Source: Eledone cirrhosa
Taxonomy: Eukaryota
Assembly: GCA_964016885.1 (NCBI GenBank)
Contig: OZ024746.1
Span: forward strand, 6,014,001-6,078,000
Direction of reading: 5' to 3'
DNA: 64,000 bases
Within the stretch, counting starts at the first letter, position 1, and each line of letters starts with the position of its first letter. This document shows positions 44,167 to 58,951 of the stretch, one piece after another. The translations under genes and the position numbers were made by a program. The notes below the pieces were generated by a model. That model made no database searches and was not told the DNA's origin. It worked only from the letters and a program-made list of their open reading frames with translations.

Positions 44167-45545
44167 AATAAATGGAGCACCGCCATTTGGTAAGAAAAAG
44201 GTTTTTTCTGTTCTTTCTTTTCCATCCTCTTGTATTTTGTGTATTCCATTTCTGAATGTCTTGCAACCAGTATTTGATCACCGCAATTATTTGATCAATT
44301 TCAAAACCAAACAAATAATAAAACACCAACAAGAAGGCAAACAAACCAAAGTTTTCTCCTTTTGACTAGACCAGCAAATGTTTATTTTATAACCACTTTT
44401 AACAGCTGGTTTCCTCTGCCAAGCTGCACGAAAATAACATAAAACTTCATCAGTGTACTAAAATGCTATTTAAGATGTAACTAACAAAGGAATCAGATGT
44501 TTCACAAAGCAAGTGTTAATGATTTGTACATAGTCTTGCAGTGTTGCCTTCCTCTCCTAAACGTCCATAAGAACTCCATTTCCATTGTATACACTGTCGA
44601 AACAGATTTTCTCACAAGCATCTAGACCTTAAATAGGAAGTTATAAGTCTTTAGGGGTTTACATTTAGAAAGGTTCCTTTGTACGACTTTAGGGAGTTTC
44701 CCTTGAGAGAGATTACCATTAGAGATGTTCCCTGTTCACATTAAAAAATAATTATACATGACAAAAAGTACATTACAATAAATCACGTACATTATAAAAT
44801 AAATAGGGTGGGTTGGGGTCTCAATATGTAAACTAAACGATTAATTCTGGTATTTAAAAAGAAAATCAACGGAGACAACCTAGACAAATTACAATTTATC
44901 ACCCCCACCTCACCCTTATTCCACCCACCTGTTATTTGGGACCCGAGAGTAGTCCCCATAAATGTTCCAATACATTAAAGTAATACGATTCAACAATAAA
45001 AAAAAAATAATGGGATTGCCGTTTTACCGTTTAATGAGTTAAAAGTTGTTTAAAATGCTCCATATTCCTTTTTCAACTCCACCACTTTGAACATAGACAT
45101 GATCGAACAGGGCGAGATAACAACAACCACAAATACAGCAGTGTATTGAATATAATCATATATGTGAATTTGACTGTCTCCACTCCACACCACAGAATAG
45201 TACGCAGTCATTTTTCGTAAACAATAGGCGATAGCAGTCGTAGTAGCAATAGTTTTGCTAACATCGTAGCTTCGTCAAACGTTTATCAAAACCAGCAAAT
45301 ACGGAAAGCATGTAAAATGATAATCAAAAATAATATTGCAGTGAACCAAATAATTTCGGAAAAATAAATATTTATCTTTACGAGAATGTATTTGTGTGCA
45401 AACATATGGAAAAAATATCAAGTTATGTATGGTATTGTTTAATTCAATTGTTCTCCTTTATTTATATCAAATACGGACATTCAACGAATATGTACATATA
45501 TGCGTACTATATATATAATACATACATATATATATATATACACAG

Positions 45546-45591
<46 letters not shown>

Positions 45592-45637
<46 letters not shown>

Positions 45638-45667
45638 TAATAGATAGATAGATAGATAGATAGATTA

Positions 45668-45722
<55 letters not shown>

Positions 45723-45723
45723 C
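45592..45723. repeat. (GATA)n microsatellite
   Basis: Direct observation. Confidence 0.97.
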
Positions 45724-45859
45724 AGATGAATATAGATATACTTATATATACATAAATATATGTGTATTGAATGAATTAAGTTAAAGACGCAGAAGTCAGG
45801 AAAGAATGTATCTGAGAGAAATTAGCAGGAATAATCTTGAGAGTCTGTTTGATACATCA

Positions 45860-46300
45860 ACTCAATGACTCCGTCGTTAGCATCGATGACAGCTTGAAAT
45901 GTTGACTTGCCTGAATCAGATGATAGGTATCGATATCTGATATTGTATGGATGTTCATGGCCTTATGAGACGACACAGTTTTGTTTTCATGCTCTCTATC
46001 CAAAGCCTCACAACCTTTTCTTTATAATCAGCAGCATTGTCCCTTAAGGAAATACGTGAGGCGGCATGACATCTCCCTCACGTTGTTCACAACTCCCAGA
46101 AATATCACAGTTGCCTGAAACTTGTGTTTATTACGGTTAGAACGTCTTTAGGATCTCTGCATAAACATCTGTCATTCCTTCGGTTGACCCTTTGGTTGTG
46201 ATCAAAGTTTTTCCCATCAGAGAAAAACCAAAACATTCCAGGTTTTCAATGTTTCAGCTTTCTCAACAACATCTTTACTTCGATCAGACACTTTTGTTTT
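45860..46300 (-). pseudogene. Tc1/mariner superfamily (maT/DD37D-like) transposase fragment
   Basis: Frameshifted WFFSDGKNFDHNQRVNRRNDRCLCRDP..ATVIFLGVV..EGDVMPPHVFP. Confidence 0.75.
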
Positions 46301-47094
46301 TACAGATATGAAATGTAAATCGTAGACTTCGTTTTCAGCTACTGGATTTAAGTAAGTCTAATGGAAACTATATTTCTCTAAAGTGTAAGGATTTGACCAA
46401 AACTTTGCTCGCTAATGAAACTCTCATCGATTATCCTGTAATGCTGCAGTAGCAAGATGTAGCTGCGATCTATACTTATTTTCAGCTACCAACGATTAAG
46501 AGTTTTGAGTTTAAATGCAGCTCAACACTAGTTCATCACCAGTGATAAGATAGAAACATTTGGGCTTTCTACTAATAGGCTAATATTTTAGCTTGGCCAA
46601 TTGGGAATCTTATTACATAGTATTTATGAAATCAAGTTGGTCAGTTATTTTGTGCATTCCCTGCAAAGAATCAAACAATTGTTTACTGTCTGTGAAATTT
46701 GACAGACTTCAAAATATTAAACGGAAACTAATTTCGTGATTTGTGGTTATTAATAGGATTTTCGGTAGTAAACTAGTTACATTATAAACGCTAAGGATAT
46801 ATTTACAAAGCATTAAACTATATCCTCTATATTTTCTATATTCCCCAGTTTAGTCACGGGTTTGCTACAAACAATTGTAATAATCCAATAGGAAAAACAT
46901 GTCTAGGATACCCAATAAGTTCCTAAACGTTGATTTACAGACATGTATTATATGTTGTAAATATATTCACCAAATAAAGTTCTGCCGTAAAATTTAACAC
47001 ACGCATACATAAGTCTTTTTTAAAAGTAAGTACTTGTATCACCCGGTAGAAGTATATTTACAATTAAAATAGTTACACTTGATTAAGTTTCAAA

Positions 47095-47412
47095 ATTAGA
47101 AATAGGGTTCCTCCGAAGGGTCTGTAGCGTAACGTTACTCGACAGAGTACGTAGCTCGGAGATGAGAGGGTCGCTCCGTGTAGAACCGCCACTTCTCTGA
47201 ATTGAGACCCAAGGGTACACCCTAAGCAAGAGCGTTGGATAACCTTTATGAGCTTGGCTGGTTTCGCTTAGGGACTCAACTGCAACGGTTGGAAACGTTT
47301 GCTTCTGACAGGACCCGCTGGGAGGAATCTGGGGTAATTGTGCCACCATGACCCTCTCAGGAATAAGTGGACAAAGAAGAAGAAGAAGAAGAAGAAGAGA
47401 AGAAGAAGAAGA
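47095..47412 (+). mobile_element. RTE LINE 3' fragment with (GAA)n tail
   Basis: Homologous to 20010-20440. Confidence 0.8.
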
Positions 47413-47906
47413 ATTTGCCTGTGGTTGCGATGCAATTATTTTACTATTTGTTCTCAATAATATCAATTTTGAAAATAATTGAGTTTTATTAATTTCCCTG
47501 TGTAGAAGAGTGACAGTATTGACAATAGAATAGTTCTTGGACTGTGGAGTTTGTAATACGGTTTCCATTCATTATTGGAATTATTTTACATACTCTGCTT
47601 CCTGTGGAGAGTAAATAGAGATAATTGCCCATTAACATATATATATACTACTGCTATGCACAAAATATCAAACTGAATGTGCTTAAATCGATATATCACG
47701 CTGTCTATCGAATATGATTTCTATATTATATTTTAGGACTGTTCTCCATTGTCGATTATTTTACCAATATATGAAAAGAGTTTGTTTTGTTTCCACGAAA
47801 ACAAAAGAATATCACCACGTTATACTTTATATATGTACTTTAAGACAGTTTAGTCACGGGTTTATTGCATATCGAGTGGGTTAATTGGTCGGGTGCACCG
47901 AAAACG

Positions 47907-48222
47907 ATAAACGGAAAAAATGAAACGAAATTTCATTTCCCTCTCTTAGTACGGCTGTTACTTGAATATAAGTATGTACACGTACATACATATATGTATA
48001 CAGACGTACAGTAGTATGTATATATATATATAAATACATGCACACATATATATATATGTACGTATGGATTCACCGAACATTTATTATAATGCTCGATGTA
48101 TATATATATACATACTACTGTACGTCTGTATACATATATCTATGTACGTGTACATACTTATATTTAAGTAACAGCCGTACTAAGAGTGGGAAATGAAATT
48201 TCGTTTCATTTTTTCCGTTTAT
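47907..48222. mobile_element. Fold-back insert with ~120-bp arms; no HHR recognised
   Basis: Arms 47907-~48030 and ~48099-48222 are near-identical. Confidence 0.7.
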
Positions 48223-48229
48223 ATATATA

Positions 48230-48528
48230 TATATTAATAAAAGGAATTCCAACTTTGTCTGATTTACTCGTTTTATTTACAATCCTTTAAAATGTATAAT
48301 GGTATTAGAATGAAATAGTATGGTAGAATATTAAATGTTAAGTGTTAATTGAAAGCATGAAAGTACTTGTTCAATTAACACTTAACATTTAATATTCTAC
48401 CATACTATTTAATTCTAATACCATTATATATTTTAAAGGATTGTAAATAAAACGAGTAAATCAGACAAAGTTGGAATTCCTTTTATTAATATAATCTTCT
48501 ATAAACAATCATACACACCCGTGTATAT

Positions 48529-48532
<4 letters not shown>
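48230..48532 (+). mobile_element. Fold-back insert with a minimal HHR remnant in the spacer
   Basis: Arms 48230-48353 and 48370-48493. Spacer AGCAT-GAAAG-TA-CTT|G. ~40-bp tail. Confidence 0.75.
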
Positions 48533-48606
<74 letters not shown>

Positions 48607-48608
<2 letters not shown>

Positions 48609-48796
48609 CGAAGGAAGTGTGGTAAGGAACCAGGTGGACCATAACGCACCAGAGTACTCAATACTTTGGCTAATAGAGTGCGTAATAGAAACTGTTCATG
48701 ACCCCGACGGCAGAGATCAAGGCGTTTCGACTGCCATTTCTGGAAATGGCCGTCGAAACGGCTTGAGCTCTGCCGTCGGGGTCTTGAATATTTTCC
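48607..48796 (-). mobile_element. Fold-back HHR insert (family A, second copy)
   Basis: Reverse-complement homolog of 2125-2314 with the same ends and centre. Confidence 0.8.
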
Positions 48797-48805
48797 TATA
48801 TATAT

Positions 48806-49143
48806 AGAAAAAGAGATGAAATCGAAAATGCAACTGGAGACTTATTTTTTTTTTAAATATATATATTTATTTGGTTCCTTTACCGGTTTCGCAGTTCTTC
48901 TGCTTTTCAAAAGGTGAGTTGAGATGGAGGGTCTGTGGTTTTTCTCACAGACCCTCCATCTCAACTCACCTTTTGAAAAGCAGAAGAACTGCGAAACCGG
49001 TAAAGGAACCAAATAAATATATATATATTTTTTTAAAATAAGACTCCAGTTGCATTTTCGATTTCATCTCTTTTTCTTTATACTTTCACTCGTGTAGGAC
49101 ACCTCGGTTATTTTTCATTTTGTAAAAAAAACCTCACTTTCTA
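48806..49143 (+). mobile_element. Fold-back insert with ~132-bp arms, HHR on both arms, plus tail
   Basis: Arms 48806-48937 and 48946-49077 with an 8-bp spacer, flanked by TA runs. Confidence 0.8.
48969..49006 (+). ncRNA. Minimal type I hammerhead, U3-A8 core variant; mirror copy at 48877-48914 (-)
   Basis: CCTT-TTGAAAA-GCAG-AAGAA-CTGC-GAAAC-CG-GTA|AAGG. Confidence 0.75.
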
Positions 49144-49404
49144 ATATATATATATATATACATATGTAGACGTTACTGAGGTGCATGAATATGTGAGTAG
49201 CCATTTGCCTTTAGGGTTATATGCAAATGTGTAGGTTATGGTTTTAATGTATTACTTGTGATGTATGAGTATTTGAAGGTGGGCTTAGATTTAAACAAAT
49301 AGGTATATGCCTTTATATACACAAACACACGCGTGCACATGTATACACACAATTATATATATATATATTGAGAGAGAGAAATGTGATTGGCTATATTCCT
49401 AGCT

Positions 49405-50028
<624 letters not shown>

Positions 50029-50329
50029 AATGCATACATACATACGTATATACATGATACATATGTGTGTGTGTGTATGTGTATGTGTAAATGAGTATGA
50101 AGCATGAATCCTACATTACAATTATTTTATAATAATAAACAGGTAAAATATATGGATTTAGGACAAAAGAGGAATATAAACGTACATGTATATCGCTATA
50201 CTTATATTTAGATGTATCATACATACACATGCGTTCAGATACACCCACTTCTATGTGTGTATACGCATACGTATATATGAATATCTGTGTATTTCACCAA
50301 AAATGTTTGCGCAGAATCTTGTAAATCTC

Positions 50330-51090
50330 ATGGACTTCCTTCACTACAGACTCAATTTAATCATTAAACTTGAGCAACCAACTCAGATGGTCGGAGTTCT
50401 TTGTACGCATGCGTGACGAATGTACTCCAAAGGAGTTGTTTTATGGTGAACCTTTTCAGGAGAGACAAATGTTGTGAAAACCCAGGAAATATTTCCAGGA
50501 TGCATTGAAAGAAAATTTGAAAAATATTGGAATTGATGCAAGGCAGCTTGAAGTTTCGCTGCAGATCGTAATAATTGGCTCTCAACAGTAAGGGATCGTA
50601 TGAAACGTTCTGAGGAAAACAGAATAAAATATGCCAATCTAAAACGTAAAATCAGGAAGAATCAGATAGTCAAAGAACATGAGAATGGTGCTAAGGTTTT
50701 GTCGTGGAAATTTGTAGCAAAATGTGCCTATCTCTTGCCAGCCTTAAATCCCACATCTCTTGCCAGCCTTAAATCCCACATCTCTTGCCAGCCTTAAATC
50801 CCACACCACAGTACCAAAGAGTCCCATATTGACTATAAGAGCTACTTGACAGTACACTTTAATCAATGCCACATGTCAAAGAATTTGTACACCTCAAGTA
50901 AATTTAAAGATAAATGTTAAAGTACATCAAGTACACACACCACAGTCTTTACCAAACCTACCAGTAATTTTTGCGTTTCACCTTTTGCTTCCAAATCTAG
51001 TCTAAAAAGCCACATAAGATACCAGGCTGGAAATGATCTTTATGCGCATTGAATCATGAAAATCTGTATTGAGCAGACAACCAATGTACA
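50330..51090 (+). mobile_element. RTE-like LINE 3' fragment with C-terminal C2H2-like fingers
   Basis: NQLRWSEFFVRMRDECTPKELFYGE, ADRNNW, and the decayed fingers CLSLASLKSH and FASKSSLKSHIR. 25-bp triplication at 50731-50805. Confidence 0.7.
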
Positions 51091-51797
51091 CACACACACA
51101 CACAGATATATATATATATCAGGATTAAACTAGTTAGACCATTATTCAACACAGTACTCGACACTATATATATATATATTTATATATATATAAGCGTGAA
51201 TCGGTGAGAATGTGTATGTCTGTTTTTGTGTATTTATGTGTGTGTATGTGTGTGTATATGTGTGTATATATGTGTGCGTGTGTGTGCATGCATGACGCAC
51301 CGTAAGATCGAACCAGAAATGATGTGGTTGTATAGTGAATTTGTTAACCACGCCACCATGCTTGTAGCTTTGAATTTGTAAATATAAAATATAATGATAG
51401 ATATACTTGTAATATTTTATACAGTTTATAACTAAAATATTATCCTTTACATCTCTATCAACCTGAAATACGATGTAAATCTGAAATGTCTAAAGCAGTG
51501 TCATATCTAATACAACTTTAAACATTTGTGAAGATAAAAGTTGATAAAACCAGACAACTCAACAATAACATTTCAAATCCCGAATAATAGATAAAATCTT
51601 AAAACAGATTCCACCATATTTCACGGATAGTTTTGTTATCGTGTTATCCAAAACATATTTTAATAAAACCAAATCAATATCTTTATATAAATCATAGACA
51701 ATATGATTAAATCATTCTTTTGTATGAAGGATAGAGTTGCAATAGTGTTTAGATTATACACTTAGAAAACTGAAAAGATATAGCAACGTCGAACGTA

Positions 51798-51966
<169 letters not shown>

Positions 51967-54561
51967 TTCACAGTTAAACTGTAATATATTTAGAATATTA
52001 TACAAGAATTGTTATAGGTTATCGATATACATTGACTTATTTTGTCTAATGGTGTCTGGAATTACTTGATAAATCTTCTCTGCATACGTTCGTGTACATA
52101 TTTTGCCGAAGGCTACTCTATCACAAAGAGTTCGCTTTAGAAATATAAATTTATTGATTGCTGCAAATATATTGAATATGTAATCTTTTGTTCATTCGAC
52201 TTACAAAGTGAAATACTGAACAACAATTACAAGATTCCAATGTTCTTGTCCTCATTCTGTTCCAGTAGATTATCTTCGAACTAGTGTACGTCGTCGATAC
52301 AGTTACATCGCTTGTGTCCATTATAGTTTATTGTTAAGTGAAACAATGATTTTGAACTTAATATAGTAGATAATATAAGTAGAGACATGATAGAAACAAC
52401 CCAGCAAAACACGTTCACTGCGATTTGAACCTCTAATGACTTTCGAATAAAATCATGTTTAATCGACTTTCTGTAGCATGCGAATAGTATATGATTAAAC
52501 ATCAACATTTCTTCCCTGATTGGAGTAAGATACGAACTTGTAATGACGTATTTGATTTTGCGGTTTATTTATTTTATTTTATATATCCACCCGTAATTCC
52601 TGAGTGAGTCGTAGGAACGTTATCTTGAGATACGGCGTTCACTGGTATTTTAAAATTTGGCGGAGTTCCACCTCCTCTCCAGGTCTGAATAGAGCAAATT
52701 TCTTCCAGAGAAGGAAATAGATAAAGGGATTGAGAAAGAGATATAGAGGAATAATCGACCCCAGTACCCGACTGGTACTTTTTTATCGACATGGAATGGA
52801 TGATAGGCAATTTTTATTGTAAACAACGTACAAGATAAAGGTTTCATGTAAGCCAGAAAACAATGAATCAATTGAATCTCACTGAATCTTATGATTAACG
52901 ATGTGAGATAGAAGAATGACAAAGTGAATCCTGTTGAGATTTGAACTCCAAATAGAGAAACATAATATTAAATACTGCAATGCATTTCATGCATTGCTTC
53001 ATCACAACTGTTATACATCCTCGGTAGAAGTTATTATAAGTTAAACTCAAAGAGTACAAAGAATTTAATGACTGCTTATTACAAGATAAGAACCGAATAA
53101 TTGGTTTCCACACTGTTGATTGTTGCTTAATTAGGCATTCTATGAGACTATCGTTCGTATGAGATTTCAATCTTATTTTAATCTGTGTCATGAATATGTA
53201 TTTACTAAAGTAGGTTTTGTCAGAACAAGAAAACAATTGACGAACATTTTGAGTAATACGTGGGTTTCTCAGTGCATTTCCAACATGTCAATAGGATTTA
53301 GGTTAGCATCAGATTAAAACTTGAGACAATTATCTGTCAATTCTATTTTCACGGCGACATGCATTTTGAAGATACGAACAAAGTGTGATTGAAAAACTCG
53401 TTATAGTTACAGGTAATGCTTCTTAAAACCTTTCTCTTCTCCAAACAGGGAGACTTGAACAGGTGTTGTTTTACTTTGCATTGTATTTACCTAATTGTTT
53501 GTCTGTCTCCTAATAATTAATTGCTTTTGACATTTTAGGAAAGTATTAATCTCAACTCCTGCTCCAAGAAGATGTTTGTCCTCATATTTTATGTGACCTT
53601 TGCAACATATGATGGACAGTTACCTTGCAAAAATATATAGCTAATTATGATTGACATTCAACTCAATCCAACCGGAATAATATAATATCACTCCTACCTC
53701 CAGTTGGTCAAATGAAGAGACAGCAGTGTCAGTACCGATTCTCTAGTGTAAAAAAAGATGGGGATCATATTTATGTGTAGATAAACATCTTCAGGATGAT
53801 CTGACGTCTGTTACCGACAGATAGAAAAACTTTCTATAAATAGAGATAAATATATTGTAGCAGGCTTCATTTCGTACCCATGGAAATTTATCCTAATTTC
53901 CAAATTTTCTCGTTGCTATTATTTAACATTATATCCGAGGAAAAGAGAGAATTTATCTAAATGTTTAATAAGACAATTTACACGGCTTAGTTCCTACATT
54001 ACAAGGACAGATTTCAGGGAGCGCAAATATAGCTGTATGTCATTTTACAAACACAGTGTTCTGTGGTTAACCACTAACTCGTTGGTGCAATTTAGTAAAC
54101 GTGGAAGCCGATCGTATATATAATAATATATAATAATAAAATACTTTATAGGTAATTCCTTAAGTTACTAACGTAGTGTAGGCGCCTGGCCTAGTGGAAA
54201 GTATGTTGGACATGATCATAACGTCATAACGCGGTAGGCTCGATTCTTATATTGGGTTGTATGTTGTATTCTTGAGCCCCACACCTCATTTCATGCTGCT
54301 TCAGTAGACTCAGCTGAAAATGACTAGCATAAATAGCTGGAGGTTTAGCCCTGCGATGGACTGGCACCTTGTCCAGTGGGAAGTCATGTAGAACCTTCAC
54401 GCCACGAAACCGAGATAAGCACTGGCTTGAAGAGCTTCCTCTCTTGAGACACACTTTTTAGACTCACGTCGTCGAATGCTCAGATCTGTTTAAACTAATG
54501 TCTGTCGATTTTTTTTATCAACTGCCACTTTTTATTGGAATAATATATACATGTATACATG

Positions 54562-54593
<32 letters not shown>

Positions 54594-54645
54594 AATATAT
54601 ATATACACACAAACACTCTCACTCACACACACACACAACACACAC

Positions 54646-54699
<54 letters not shown>

Positions 54700-55165
54700 A
54701 AATGATATCAACAAAAATAGAGAAGATAATATATATGTGCATAGCCAATAAATAAGACAATATTTGATAGTTAAATCTCTAATCAATCATCTTATTTAAG
54801 AACAGCTTTTCAGGAAGACACACCAATACATATAGTGTCAAGATAGGAGCTGGTCTGTTTTTTGTGGAAATTGAATGCTTTATATCGTCCGATGATTGAT
54901 TGTTTTGTTAAACCCTATCATGAAACTATAAATAATATATTAATCATTTTAAAATTAGTAATTTAAAGTGTTATTTATAATGATAGAAACAGCCTGTTAC
55001 CGGATACAATATTTGAAACTCAGCTGTTTCGGATCACACCAAAATAAACATACTGATTGCGGATTTAATACGGGGGATGAGGAACGTGTCCTGCATGTAC
55101 AACCCCAAAGAATTAGAGAGATACATACAGCACTTCATCCACCGCATGCAGTTCCCTGGCTACAA

Positions 55166-56931
55166 CACCGTGTAACATATTTTTTGTTCCCCGGTTCTAA
55201 GTGTCATTTACTGGTTTCTTATATCCCATTATTATAAAAAACACACTATTATTTAACCAGAAGATTGGGTTTGTGGTCAGGAACTTGATATGTCGAAATT
55301 TTCATATTTTTCAAGAAAAAACAAATTTTTTTTTTAATTTATCAGTTCATATTAAATCAACAGAGTATATATTTATTTTATTACACAAGCTTATCAAAAG
55401 CAAACACATAAAAACAAATAACACTTATAAAGCAACTTATACACGTCAGAAATGACTGGATTTCCTGGATTTGCGGTTGTAGTCCAGGTAGCATTCCCGC
55501 ACTAGCCCCCAGATGTAGTCCCCCATCATGTTTTCATTGTAGTGGTCCGCTCTATCTCTTTCACATCTTGGTGGAATCGTTCGCTTTGTTCTTCTGAGTA
55601 GGCGCCCATATTGTCTTTGAATTTTTCCAGCTGAGCGTCCAGCATATGGAGTTTAAGCGACATCCTGCATCCCATGGCGCCAAAAGCCTTTATCAGATCC
55701 TGCACCAGTTGCTGGTAGTTTTCAGCTCTGTAGTTTCCCAGGAAGCCCTTAACAACTGCCATAAAACAGTTCCATGCTGTTCTCTCAATCCTATTAAGCT
55801 TATTGGAGAACTCAGTAGACTCAAACACCTTCTTTATCTGAGGTCCAACAAAAATTCCACCTTTGATTTTGGCCTAAGATAACTTGGGGAAGAACTCAAG
55901 AAGGTGCTTAAAAGCGGCTGATTCTTAGTTGAGAGCCTTCACAAACTGCTTCATCAACCCCAACTTAATGTGCAGTGGCGGCATGCGCACAATCCTGGGA
56001 TCAACCAGTGGCTCCCACATGACGTTCCGAGTCCCAACTACAAATTCTGTTCCCTGCTCCCAGTTCTTTCTTTTAGTCAGAGGTGGCTCTGCTGTCCCAA
56101 AGGCAGAGGAAGCTTTGGAATTTGATAAAGCCTCCTTGGAGTCCAAGCAGGAAAGCCACCATCTTGAAGTCTCCAATCATTTCCCAATTGTACTGGTTGT
56201 ATTGCAGAGCTTCCAAGAGGACTTTCACACTGTAGTAATCTTCCTTCAGGCAGACTGAATCAGCTAGGGGCAGTGTCGGGAACTTATTCCCATTGTGGAG
56301 GAGGACAGCCTTCAAACTTGTGGTGGAGCTGTCTATAAATAGCCGCCACTCCTTGGGCACAAACGGCACCCCAATAACGTCAAACAGTCCAGGCACGTCA
56401 TGGCAGAAGCGGAGGCCATCCCTAAGAGTGTAAAAGCCTGAGAAAGGTTTGTGTCGACTTCTCTGACTTGTCACCTGCACTTCCTCCTTGAACAAGTTCC
56501 ACTGCTTCATCCTGGAGACGGATAGCTCTGCATTGGACTTGGTCAGACCCATATCCCTGACCAAGTCATTGACTTCTTTTTGGTTTTGGAAGTGAGGAAC
56601 TTTTTCTGGTACCCCAGTATCAATAAATCTCTTTAATCCACTTTTTAACAATTATTGCACTTTTATAATTTTCTTTAGGTATTACTCTTTATTTTATAAT
56701 TTTAATTTAACCTGAAACATATATAAAAAATCATTTAACATAAGCAAATTAAACTTACATACAACGTAAAATCCAGCATACAAATAATTCTAGTGAATAG
56801 CTTAGAATGTTTACAAACCCAAACTTTTAACTGTTTAATAGCACTTTTCTCTATTTATTTGCGACCTAAGGAACACAAAAAACTGAATACAAGCCAGGAA
56901 CAGAGAAACAACATTCTTTTGTTACACAGCG
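55166..56931 (-). mobile_element. Chapaev3 (CMC superfamily) DNA transposon with broken transposase
   Basis: WRLFIDSS..LKAVLLHNGN, PPLHIKLGLMKQFVKAL and MSLKLH..SEEQSERFHQD. Termini CACCGTGTAACA / TGTTACACAGCG. Confidence 0.85.
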
Positions 56932-57814
56932 CATTTAGTTAGGGTGATGAAGAACGTGTCCCGCATGTACAAGCCCAAAGAATTAGAGAGACACATACAA
57001 CACTTCATCCACCGTATACAGTTCTCTGGCTACAATCAGAGTATATAGAGGAGCCAGAACCAAATGGGAAAAAGTGGTAGATAATGATACAAATGGGACC
57101 TTCTCCTTGTATAGGAGCAAATTTTGGAATAGAATAGAAAGAACTAGGAATAAGGTTAATAAAATAAACTCATGGTATGATAGCCATAAATACCAGAGTG
57201 TAATATTCATCAATACAACCCCTAGAGGTGAACTAGCTTACAAATTTAGAAGAGCCCTAGATAAACTTAAACTATATATTAAGATAGTTGAAAGACCAGG
57301 TACTTCCATAAAAACACTAATTAGTAATACATACCCTTTTCAAAGACCTCTCTGTATAGATAGGAAATGCATAATTTGTAGCTATGCCCCCTTAATAACT
57401 GCAAAACTAGAAACATAGTATATAGCATAAGATGTACTGAGGCACAATGTAAAAATAAGAATATAATGTACATAGGTGAGACAGCTCGTAGCATAGGAGA
57501 ACGATTAAATGAACCCTGGCGAGAACTCCAAGATAGAAAAGACTCATCAATACTCCACCAACATGCTAAAATAGAACATAAGGGCAAATTAGAGAACATA
57601 GAAATACAAATTGAATCTACACACAGAAAAAACGCAATGTTTAGACAAATCACAGAGGCAATAAACATAAATAAACTCCAACCTAAATTAAATAGAAAAC
57701 ATGAATGGAATAGCAACATCACAACTTATAATTAAGGACAAAATGAAAACGTACAGACACACACAAAACAACAATAAAAAATGTTTATATATGTATGTAT
57801 GCATGTATATACAG

Positions 57815-57888
<74 letters not shown>

Positions 57889-58072
57889 ACACATAGAACA
57901 AATAACCAGCTAGTGACATGTAAATAAACAAATAAATAAACAAATAAAAACACACACAGACACCCGGATGTAACACATGCGCAAACTAAGCACACAACAC
58001 ACACACAAACAAGATGGCGTAGGCCAGAGCAAAGGAGAGGCACAAAATACAAAATAAAGAAAAGAATCCCCA

Positions 58073-58115
58073 GTCACTGAAGAGGTCACAGAATGTGTGA
58101 AGAAAGAACTTTGAC
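58073..58115 (+). ncRNA. Minimal hammerhead in the PLE pLTR
   Basis: GTCA-CTGAAGA-stem II (TCACA/TGTGA)-GAAA-GAAC-TT|TGAC. Confidence 0.65.
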
Positions 58116-58302
58116 AATACATGAACAACCATCCGGCTATAGAACCAACCAACCGGAAATTAAAATAAATCGAAGTGAAAACAACTGGTGATTGTGTTTC
58201 TTATTGGTTTCTTATTGGCAACATGACCCTCCCAAAGTACAACAATATCAGCTTCAACACACGTTTTCAGATAAGGAATCTTGCTAAACAAATTCAAAAA
58301 CG

Positions 58303-58342
<40 letters not shown>

Positions 58343-58951
58343 GTTTTGGTGTATACGTATTATATTTTCTTTTAAATCTAGGATGTATTGTAAGAATACG
58401 AATACAGAAGAAAATATTATTAATGAAAGACAACTTGGAGACTCATGGAACATAAGTTGTTGCCATTGCATATTTAAAGGTCCACCAGTACATAAAAAAA
58501 CCTCAACCTTCAAACACCCAGACACATTTACAGTTCCATGGTATGATAGCCATAACAACCCAAAAAAAACATTACATTCCCCACTCAATTCGGACGAGCA
58601 TAAATTACATGTACAACCAGAAATAAGTTCACTGTGATCGGGGTCGGTTAATCATAGGACTCCCACTTTTATCAACCTTGCGAAAAATAAAAAAGAGAAT
58701 AGAAATGTTGAACTTCATAATTATACAATTATGACGTTAAACTTGGCAGAATATTGTGAATTGTATGTCATTGCTTGGTTTCTAGATTAAGTTGACGTTG
58801 TGATAAAATATAAATCTCCTTCCCTCATTAATTATTTCAATAAAACAATAAATTCACAATATTTATACACTTCCAGTATGAAAATTATATTTTCTCTGTC
58901 TTATTTATTGAAGCAAACATCTGTTACTTTCATTTCTCAATGTATAGTTCA

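Larger units (their letters stand above)
55000..58305 (+). mobile_element. 5'-truncated Penelope-like element related to 14962-18688, interrupted by Chapaev3
   Basis: KINILIADLIRGMRNVS, SLYRSKFWNRIER and YIGETARSIGERL..RQITEAI..PKLNRKHEW. HHR at 58073-58115. Ends in (TA)n. Confidence 0.88.
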
